In this document: positions 1 to 10,886 of the stretch, piece by piece
Layout: each line of letters opens with the position of its first letter
How positions within the stretch are numbered: position 1 is the first letter of the stretch
DNA from: Acanthaster planci
Lineage: Eukaryota
Assembly: GCF_001949145.1 (NCBI RefSeq)
Contig: NW_019091355.1
Coordinates: 494,083 to 558,082, forward strand
DNA: 64,000 nt
Direction of reading: 5' to 3'
The notes under the pieces: model-generated
Seen by the model: the letters and a program-made list of their open reading frames with translations, nothing else
Told to the model about the DNA's origin: nothing
Databases searched by the model: none
Translations under genes and position numbers: made by a program

Positions 1-261
1 TAGCTCAGTGTACAGCCAGCTCTGTAACCGTGCAACTGTTGGGCCAACTTGTGGCTCTGACATCAGTTCTAGACGTAGTTCTGCATTTTTAGAGTCAGCT
101 CTCAAACCACCTTGCATCTTTGTGCCAGCTTTTGAGGTAGCTCTTCAGGTCTCAGTTCCAGAGGATTGTTTTCTGTTATCCAATTACTCCATCAAGACAC
201 AACCCTTATGCATTATCTGAAAGAGATATCTCATACCAATTTCTTTGTGTCTGTTTCCTAG

Positions 262-3200
262 GCAACAGATGAAGATGCCACTTCAGATTTGGCGTACACC
301 TTAGAGACCGAAGACAAAACACTCCCTGCATTCTCCTTTGACCAGTCCAATGGAATCTTGCAAGTCCGTGACATTGTCTCCAACTACTTAGATGATGCCA
401 GTGTTGACCCAGCCAAAGAGCAAGCATCTTACAATGTCACCTTCAAAGTCACCGATACCCTTACAGATGATCCAAGCAAAGCATCGGCCGAAGTCCAGGC
501 AAAGGTGGGTGTGCATTTTCAATAGCAATGCCTCAATACACATATATGAAGTCAAAGGTAAAATACGTAATTTGTATTTTAATCTTTACCCTTCCTGCTT
601 GTGAGTTTCAGTGACTCATACTTTTGCTTTATTTTGTGACTCACTGCTGAGTTTCGCAACTTCTTCACTGAAATGACTGACTAACAAATCCCACTTGATT
701 TCTAGATCAAGGTGTTGTACATTTTCGAGCATGCTGTCTTAGTGATCAACAAGACACCAACGGAGGTAGAAACAGAGCAGTCCACATATCTTGAGTGAGT
801 TTACTCTCTGAGAAAGACATTCCCTGTGGTTTCCTCTTGGCAGTTGTAGCCTGTGTAGGAAAGAAAATGATATTAGATCACCTTGAGGAGTGTTTGATAA
901 TCAAAACTGGGCAATATCATCTTGAGGAAATTAGAAATTATTAAAATTATTGAAATTCTGAATCATTATGTTAAAATCACTTATTGAAGGCTTCAGAATT
1001 GCTTCAATGTTTTAAATTCCCGTCTACTGTCCATTGAAATAGCTGTATGAAACCTCACATGGAATAACAAAGCAAACTTATAACGGATCAAGTTGTATCT
1101 TTTTGAAAGAGTAACTACCACAATGATTCTGTCATGACTTAAGTTGTTCTATGACCTGAGGTTTTGCATGCCTGTACTGAGTTGACTGCAAAGCACCCTC
1201 TATCAGATCTACACCTGTTAAATTGCTTTCTCATCTGCTTTGATATCAGTTGTCTTTCCAAGAGCCTCGGTATCACCCTGGTATCAGAACGCCTTGAAGC
1301 TCACCTTGTAACTGACGTTAATGGAGTGTCCACCATCGACGACAAGAGGTATTGTATCCACATGATTATTCACATTAAGTTTTCAAATGAATTGCAGTGC
1401 AGAAGTCCAAGATCTGCCCATGTTTTTACTTTCCGTACAACTTGTATTTAGTGATTGTAATGTAACTGCATAGTTGTTAGTCCTTGGACTTTTTATTGCC
1501 AAGTTTTAAAATAAATACCAATGTTGAGTTGAATTGAATGCTTGCCACCCAGCTGTATTAAATTATTAAATTTAAAAAAAAATTGTAAACAAATTTATAA
1601 GAACTTCAATTGTGTTTTTCAATTTTACTTGGATAATTCTTTATTCCTCATAGGATTTCCTTAACTGCAGATTCTGTGTCATTGGTCTCCTTCCAAACTT
1701 TTACACCTTTAACATATTGCCCAGATCTGCACCTTTGTAAGTATTGACCTATGAACCTTGACCTGTTGCTTTTGTTGACACAGAACTGACCTCTGGGTGT
1801 ACGCAATTGATGTGAGTAAAGATGGCGGCTCATTTATCAAATACTGGGACATCAAAACGTAAGTCTGATCCCAGATCAAATCAAGAAACTTTAATGGAGT
1901 ATCGTTGGAATTAATATAATGACGCCTTAGATATTACCTTAACTGATACTCTATGACTGGCTTAGATATTGAGTACCTCAGGAATGGATGGTACTTCAGT
2001 TCAGCAATGTCTGGGGCTTATTCAAAACTTTGATTTAGAAATCCTTTTGATTATCTAAAAGTTTTCCAATGGGTAAAGTAGTTGAAAGTTTGTATTACCA
2101 CAGTTACTTCCCCAGTCAGTCATTCAGACGGTCAGTCGGTCAGTCAGTTCTACTTAAAACAGGTGTGGCTTGAGATGTGCATGATGTTTAATATACCACC
2201 TGTCATGGTCGCTCACACAGCTGATCAACTCCTCTTTGGAGTCAACTTCTGCATATTCCATCACGACTTTTATCATCTGTACCATCTTAGACTGGCTTAG
2301 TTTCATATTTCTATTCATTTTTACAAACAGGAAATGGGACTCTTCTAGCTCTGCCATTTCTAACTGTGGTTGGGAAATCATCATTCAACCTGTTCAACCT
2401 CCAGCCGTTGCTAAGCACATGTATGATGTATCCATGATTCTTGGGATAGCTTTGCTTGTACTAGCAGGTTTGATTGGTGTTGCTTCCATTCTGATGATTG
2501 TTGCTGTTCTCTACATGTGGAAAGAGTAAGTTAATTACAGGTGTTCATGAACTTCTAGTAATTAAACTAGTAATTTTTTTAAGTGTTCCAGTAACAGGGA
2601 ATCACCGGCCAAAAGAAGCCTGTGAAAGCTTTGAAGAAATATTTAGCTTCATCACTGGAAAGATAAATCCCCAGTAAAATGCTGTAGAAATTACCTAAAG
2701 AAATGTCTAAAAACCAGAGGCTATGGTCGGCTAGGTAGGATTTGAACCCAGGCCGCTGAGGTGGAAGTTCAAGAAAGAACCGTAGCGTCAACCTAATGCA
2801 TTTTGTGTGGTTCTCCATGTTGGCAAGGACCTGTGACTTAAATTCTGACCATGGAAGGATCAAACCAAAGTTGTAATGCATGCTAGTTATTAAAGGAGAC
2901 AAAGTAACAACCTAGCTGTCTGTGGCTTAAATACCTTGGTCTGTCATCTCATTTAAAAACTGGCCACTCCTAAAGTTATAATTATTGAAATACTCTTAAA
3001 TTTTTGCCTTTTACATTAGTGTCAAACTTCAAGGTGGTCGGCAGATTTCTCGCAAGTTGGACATGTTAATGTTGGAGAAAGATCAGCTTGGGTTTGAGAA
3101 CCAAGGATTCCAAGATGACGAATCAATTGAGGAGGCATCTGTAGCGTAAGTCCCACCTCTTTTAATCTGTAGAGAACTCTTATGTGTTCATTGTTGCAGT

Positions 3201-5715
3201 TGAGACCTCTTAAGACCGTTAAAAGACCAACACATGACCTCCATTCTGAATTCAAGTCACAAGCTATCCAAATGAACTGCAACATAAGCATTCTTTATGT
3301 CTTTGTCTACTCTGTCACTTGTGGCTGGTCTCAACTACAACAGTGGATGAGTTTAGGGATTAGTGTAATTTTATTTGTCAATTAAACCGTATTAGTGTAG
3401 GGTAATTAGGTTCTTCAGTAAACCATGGACTCCTGTATAGCAATGATGTCACTCTAAAATAACACACCATTTGCACTGACTAAGGTGATCAGGTGTTGGT
3501 GAAGCTTCTTGTTCTACCAGCATGGGGGCAAGCCTACACAGTGTGTGAGGTTCAACAATAGAAAAATTACCTCACACATTGTCAATTTTGATTGAGCCGT
3601 ACTTCATGATTTGTCTCAAAAATACACCATATCCTCATATGTCTCGAAGAGGAAAACTGTAGCCTGGTGTTACAGGGATTGCTGGCTGCCATTTCTTCAA
3701 TTCACAGCTACATTGTAACATTGTCACCCTATGTATGATTCATGCAAGTTTGATAGCTTCTACTTGGATTCTTGGGTCAGATGAATGTACATATTTAAAC
3801 CTGTTTTCTCACCACATGAAACATGTTACAGGCTTTTTCCATTTTTGCGTTTGTAGTGTAACTTGACTCCATAGACCTAATGTGCACAGAGTGTTTTTGG
3901 ATGCTGATAGGAAATTGGCCAAAAGACGTACGTATAGTAAGGTGTCTTTATGGAATCACCTGCCTGAAATATTAATTCATTATCTGACTGAACGTCAGAT
4001 ATTGAAGCAATAATTGGCTTAGCAGTCAAAAGTCACCTTGTTCTTTCTGTGTCATTGCAGGCATGCAAGTGAAATTGAGGAAGAAGCTCAAGTCTGTCTC
4101 GTAGAAACTGCCGTCGGAGCAGATGAAGAATTACCGAGATATATAGAAGTCCGTAAGTATTTACTGCATCTTGTTTCCGTTATCATTGGGAGTGTAGATT
4201 TGAAGTTATGGGGGAAGGCTTAGGAAACTCTGTCAGTTGTCTTCTACAAGCTGCTCTGGAACAGGTGATTGATTTTCACGTCAGTGTAATGTTTTTGAAG
4301 ATTGGAAGATGTCTTTGAAAGATTTTAATAGCAACCTCAAAAGCTGAATCCATGGTTACATGAAAACTGGGGAGTGATTCCTGGTTGCATGACTTTTATC
4401 GGTACCTCTGTATTCAAAATTGTGTGTTCGTTCAAACATTTCTCAACTCACTGATGAATATTCTTGTTACTTTTTAATTTGTAGCTGTTGTTGCGGCCCA
4501 AATCTCACCATTGCAGAAAGGACCGGAGTATTATGAATCACAGGTAAGGATAGTGTCTCTTTAGATCTGGAAAACGCTGGAGAGTTTTGGCCTCACTGGC
4601 TATGCTTTCTCATGCAGGGCAGTCTCATTTGCCACTCTGTGACAATGAATCAAGTCAGACTATCTTACTAATAATCATCTGTTACTTTGTTCCAGTGATT
4701 ATGTCTTGAGTAAACTCTTTATAAAGGCGATTGAACTGGTTGAGTCACTTTTTTTAACGTTTTTAAATTTTGAATCTGGTCGGATCTTGTTTGACAGGAG
4801 CTTGTGCTTGACTTCTTGGAGTATGAGGAGGACGAGGATCTAGGAGTACCCAACTTTGCCCATATTCACACAAAGGAATACAACGAGGAACAATTTCCTA
4901 ATCTTGTACCTGCTAGCATTGAGGTTGTGAATGAGCAGCAGGGTCATGCCAGTGACAAGCCAGATGACCAGGACAATGACAAGCTAGAAGTCATATCAGA
5001 TCACAAGCAAGATGATGAGCCAGAGGACAATCGAGAGGACAAGCCAGATGATGTGTCAAGCGATGAGTCAGATGGCAACTCAGATGAAGTGTCAGATGGC
5101 ACAGTAGAGGGCAAGATAAATGAAGAAACAGATGACAAGCAAGATGACAAACTGGATGACAAGCCAGATGACAAGCTGGATGACAAGCCAGATGACAAGC
5201 TGGATGACGAGCCAGATGACAAACTGGATGACAAGCCAGATGACAAGCTGGATGACAAGCCAGATGATAAGCCAGATGATAAGCCAGATGATAAGCCAGA
5301 TGAAAAGCCAGATGACAAGACAGATGATAAGCCAGATGACAAGACAGATGATAAGCCAGATGATAAGCCGAATGATAAGCCGGATGATGAGCCGGATGAT
5401 AAGCCGGATGATGAGCCGGATGAAATGCCAGATGACAAGCCAGATGACCAGCAACCAGAAGTAGCCACAAAAGAAGACGAAGATTCTCCTTCAGAAGGAC
5501 AAAGCTCTGACACATTTCCCCCTCCCCCAGAGGAAAGAGAGGGCAACCAAGGTCATGTGACACAAGCAACCCCCAAATCAGTCCACTTTGATCTACCTGA
5601 TCAGGGTTCTGACCGGAGTAGTTCCTCAGCTTCATCAGATAGCACTCCCCTGATGGACTTTGGAATTGGAATGGTACCAGACTATCTGGAAGAGCTTGAA
5701 GTTACCCAGCTGTAA
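262..5715 (+). CDS. Cadherin-related single-pass membrane protein (CDH23/CDHR2/Cad87A-like), 3' portion; 5' end lies upstream of the window
   Basis: Phase-consistent GT-AG exons: 262-504, 706-794, 1250-1348, 1784-1858, 2331-2525, 3020-3145, 4061-4152, 4485-4543, 4798-5715 (1896 nt, 631 aa plus stop). The translation starts with the end of a cadherin repeat (ATDED...YTL...[12 protein letters not shown]...YNVTFKVTD). It continues with a membrane-adjacent domain (TPTEVE...LSKSLG...[10 protein letters not shown]), a TM helix ([28 protein letters not shown]) and an acidic cytoplasmic tail, and ends EVTQL*. Confidence 0.85.
2725..2793 (-). mobile_element. Degenerate tRNA-derived SINE head (intronic)
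   Basis: The minus strand reads ...GGCCTGGGTTCAAATCCTACCTAGCCG, a Pol III B-box-like motif at 2738-2748. No complete cloverleaf can be folded. Confidence 0.3.
5131..5452 (+). repeat. Coding 12-bp tandem repeat (GATGAYAAGCCA, about 27 units) encoding ([12 protein letters not shown])n
   Basis: Directly visible in the last cadherin exon. The unit length is a multiple of 3, so the frame is preserved. Confidence 0.95.
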
Positions 5716-8700
5716 CTTTGCTGTAGGAATCCACCAGACATGATCAGCTTTAAACCGTCATTGTTTACAGCTCTTGGTCACGATAATACCCGCCTTCAAT
5801 TTGTAGTTTTACATTTCATTTGAAGCGCTTTGCAAGATCCGCTTTGCAAGATCCAAAACAAAATTCTTTAATTATGAATTTTCACACATTTTATAGAACA
5901 TAATTGTATATTAAGGATATGCAGCAATAGAAGTAGATAGAGTTACAAAGTACCTGTGTAGATTTTCAAATGAGTGCCTTTACACTATAGCACATTACAT
6001 TGTTACCAAAATGTACCTCAAAATTCCTTATATTAACTAGCCGTAACAGTTAAATCCTCCGATTTTTAGAGTTTTACACACCCTTTAGAGTCTGGATTAA
6101 TATGCAGCCGTAACTTCGACATGCAAGTGATGACTCAGAAGTGCCTTTTGAATGTTTACAACACCTTGATGTTAATGAACATCCGACTCCATGTGCCTTA
6201 AAATTTTTGCTAATCTTTCCATAATGTTAACTGTATAATATAGGGTTTACTGTATCGTAGCCATTGCCGTCTCCGCCAGCTGCAGAAACAGTCTGAACCA
6301 ATTTGTAGCATTAACGCTTTTGTTTTTGCTCATTGTTTTAACTAATTGCTGTGTCTTGATTTCGTCCGTTTTGCCAAATTGAATGTGGTACAAAATTGCT
6401 TTGTTATCACTCTAAAAGGTATTTCTTTATAGAAGCCTTTATACGTGATCTAGACAAGGAAAACCATAGAAGGCATCACCCGTTTGGTGCTCAGAGGATA
6501 ATTAAGTGAAGTGCTGCATATATTTTATGCAACTTGGTGTGCTTCAAGTTAATATTTTATGTTTTATGTCCGAGAATCGGAGATAAACTGTGCCTCAGCT
6601 ATTACCTTACTTATACCCAGGACATCCACAGTAGACGTAAGATACCACCAATCCCGTTTATCAAAATATTTTATAAACTGTGCCTTAGCTTTGCGTTTCT
6701 TAGCTTAATTTGTTGTTCATGTACACAGATCTAAACATTTTAACAATCTAAACAGTTTAACTTTTTTATTGCAGCGATTTAGGAAAACAAATGATTTCTA
6801 ATGCAAGCTATCATGTTTGTCTGATTGTTGGTGGTTGCGCTTTAGTTTTAGAGTCGCATTGACGTGTATTTGTCTATTATTTCTTGCAGGAACCATGGTC
6901 GGTTCTGTGTACTTGATATTTCAAGTTAATGTTTAACTTATAATTTCACAATTATAGTGCAGCTATACGAAGGTAAATTTGTTTAATGATCGTGAAACGG
7001 CATTTTAACCGAGGCGAAAAACGTCCATCAGATTCATAAATCCCGTACATCCAATATTCCCATTGGGCAAAACTTCATCTTTGTGTGATGCACCCTCTCG
7101 CGAATGGCATTTATGCAAATTTTAACTGCTCCCTAACCCGAAGCACCTGGCATTGGTTTCATAGCGCGCCTATGGCGCGAATTTCGTATCATTGGTTTGC
7201 ATTTTGGACATCGGTTCCTTGGACAGTCTTATTACGCGAGACCTGGCACAAGCAAGGATAGTTTCACAACCGAGATTGAGCGTTTATCACAACAACCAGG
7301 AACGCTGCAGAGCACATCCACTTCCAGCTTGAGCAGGTTTGACCTCTTAGGAAGTCACATAGCTGCATGTGAAAAGTGGATCATGAAATGCATGATCCGT
7401 TCAGGGATTTGTTGGCAAACTGGAGGCACGGACTCTGGACGGCAGCTGCGTGGTCCCCCATGGTGGTACGTAGAGTTTCATTTTGAAGACCAAATACGTA
7501 CTCTTGTACACAACAATATGATGGAGTCCCGGTGCATGCTAAGTGATGCACTTCGACTATTCACCTGACTTTCCTCAGAGAGAGTTATCAACCCTATTAT
7601 TAAAAAAAGTTGAAATTCATTTGGTCATCATTATTACTAAAACCTTTATAATACATGTACATGCTGACGCCGTTGAACCTTAATTGTGAACAAGTTCACT
7701 TTCATCTTGAAATGCATCTTGAAAAAAGTTCACTTTCAGTGTCATAAAATTTCCTTCGAAATTCAAAAACGGTGGCGTCTGAAAATTGGGGGAGAATTCA
7801 GTTGAGTTTTCTCTAACGTGGTGCACTCTAGAAAAAATTTTAAAAATCCCGCCCAAACATTCGAGAAGTTCTTCAAAATCAATACGTTCTATAAACTATT
7901 ATCTCTTCCACTGACATACCTAGCAACAAGTTTGTTAGAAAATTAAATTTGTATTAGTTGGGGCGCATCTTAAAATCGTTCTTTTTGCACTTCCCCCCCC
8001 CCAAAAAAAAACAATAGGAAAATTGAGCGTTAAGAAAATTCCTTTATAACCTTGCACTGTGAAAAAAATTGTGCCTTGATTGGGTTGCTCTCTGCGTTTC
8101 GTACGTCGACATGGAAACCAGGCTTTACGCAGCGGGCATTTATACCACTGCTCGACGCGCATAATCAAAATGTTAATACACGATTAAATTGCATGTTGTT
8201 AAATAGCCAAACTGTCTGAGGTATTTTAATACTAATTATTCGCTTTGCGTGCATGGGCTACGTTGTAATGTCGCGAATTGTATTCCATATTGCGATGCCA
8301 TGGCACACTCGAGACAACGTTACCAGATGGTACGTTTCAGACTCAGAAAATAATTCTGCTTTGCATTTTTGCCAGACACTTTGCATAATCGTTGTCATAG
8401 CTTTTCAGACGACGTTTGGCAAATTTGAACAATGATCAAGTCGTCGATGACTGATTGACTTTCCCTGGTTATAACTTAGGACAAGTGATGAACCTTTCCT
8501 ATGAAATATGCAAATAAGACAGGTGCATACGCATTACTACCACTGGTTGGCAAAGTTGCTTACATGTATGACGTAACATTATGTAATGTGCAAGGCAAAA
8601 TCGACCGAGCGTACCACTCCTTTTTCAGTCCTCTATAGTTTGATTTCCAACCTCAAACTTCAGGGGTTTTGTGTTTTACAGACATACACACAATAAAATA

Positions 8701-10886
8701 ACGAACGGATGTTTATGCGGTACAGAACCATGCTTTTGAAAAATTTTAGTTTCCAGTGTGTGTCACAAAAACCGAGGAGATTAAAGTTATTAGGATGTGT
8801 TTTTATGCCTCGTCCAAAATTTAATTTTGCCCTGTGTATAGGCACTCAGCTGTGCCTAAAATGAAGGTACAGTAATTGATATATAACGCTCTAGATAAAA
8901 GCAACTGTGTGAAGCTGAACAGGCAGGCATGTAAAGAATTAATTCTAATGTGAACCATCCCTCTTTTTCGAATGCACTTGACAACTATTGGTTGCATTCA
9001 AATTATTATAGGAAATTGTGCCACTTTTGATTGACTATTACGCAGAAATATGACATTTAAATTTCGAAAATCGAAAGACATAGACATAAAAAATCGTCCT
9101 TATTAAAAGACGCACTTTCATTTTATCATAGAAAAAGAATCCACAAGACAGAGCTCATACAATGACTATTTTGGTTTAAACAGGCATTTCTTGCCAAACA
9201 ATTCATTGCTTTAAGCTGAGGACATACAATCGACTCTTTGCAAGATTCGAAATCAATGGAATAATGCAGTTAATCTAAGCCATTCAAACCATGCTCATCT
9301 CTTTTTATACTACCTCGGTCTTAGATTCTGTATCTTGAATGGAAGACATTCACTTTTTTCATTGCCAAAAGAATTATGGATGCGCACTCCTAAGTTGATT
9401 GATTACTACGCAACATAATTTATGATCCCTCGGGTTGTTTGCAATAAGAAATGCCAAAGTCAGGACCGGATTGTAGAGCTTCTTCATTCAATCAAATGCT
9501 TTGGACCTATGGCTTCTAACCTTCGATATTTCGGTCACGAAAACCTCCAACTTCTGGTCCCATTTTGCAAAGAGGCAGCGGCTACATGCAGAACTGATCC
9601 CGAATTTGAATATTATTTTGTGGTAATTGGGGGAAGGGAGGATTGAAGTGGCTGATGTAAAATTAAAAGGCAATTTTCCCAGCGATCATAATCTTGAATT
9701 TCCAGTGAAGACAGACCAACTTCTTCCTGAGAACCTTTCCCTTCGATTTTTGTTGTTTTCTGTAACTGCGTATAACCATGCTAGCAATCGCTGGGTTTGT
9801 GTGCAAATACCAATCTCGACTCCATGGGCCGCCTGCTCGTTCCTCCACTGAGTTTGCGCAACTAGACATAGTAGGTGACAAGACTGTACCCATGGGTACA
9901 GTCTTGCCACCTACTATGATCGCGTAAACAGGTTGTAGAAATACATATTGCCTACAGGCGTGCACGGTGCGCGTTCCAAAGCGGCGTGCAAAGCTAGGTT
10001 CAAACATTTCCTGAAGAGGTATAGTTTGGAAAAATGCTGGTTAAATTTCAACAAAGTTTTCATTAAAACAGATGCACCCGAGCGTATTTAAATCAAATCA
10101 ATCAGTCACAGCTTAAATTAAGCAGAATCTTTGGGAAAGGTGCAGTATAACAAATACTGACTGCTTTATATCTCAACGGAGGCTATAGTTTTACTACACC
10201 ACGTGATTTAGCAGGAAATATTTGTTTTGTATACATTGTATACTCAATATTTTGTATGCCATTATATTAAAATGCAATTGATTTACGCCAACTGAATCAT
10301 AAACAGCCACGATATAATTCGTTGTGACATCTTGATAGTTGCTTTACACGTAGTCCTTAGCCCCAATCATACACGCGTGTACAAGCTAACAAATTGTATT
10401 CACTACTTCTACGGTCTATATTCCTTCATTATAAAATACTTCCATTGGCACAGAAATTTATATTACCTGTATCTTTCGTCCTTAGTGCATATGCTTTCAT
10501 TAACAAGTCGCAGTGTAAACGCGCCAGGCTATTATGACTGATATTGAAAGAGAAACTAAACACTGCAAATACAGCATTGCCAAACATGCATCACTGATCA
10601 AGATTCAAAGATTCAAGATTAAAATTTATTATTGTCCATGCAAAAATTCACTTAGAAATTTCTTTTCCAGTGGCTATTCAGCAACCCAATTCCAAAAAAG
10701 TTCATCAATATAGGCCCTACATAGCATTATCTGAATGCATATAGCATCAACTGTCTGCCCTTCAAATGATTGTAAAATCATTTTTGTGGTATCAAGGACT
10801 CAAGATGTTCTATGATCTGCGGACAAACTATGCACGATCCATTTATTTTGCACTGATATCGATATCTCATGCATTTAATTCTTGAT

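Noticed and set aside
4991..5635. Long overlapping ORFs in other frames and on the antisense strand (214, 181, 120 and 114 aa)
   Set aside because: They are by-products of the stop-poor 12-bp repeat. Only the DDKP frame splices to the cadherin exons.
7197..7568. 123-aa ORF between the cadherin and the P450
   Set aside because: Non-ATG start, no recognisable motif, and no consistent splice partners.
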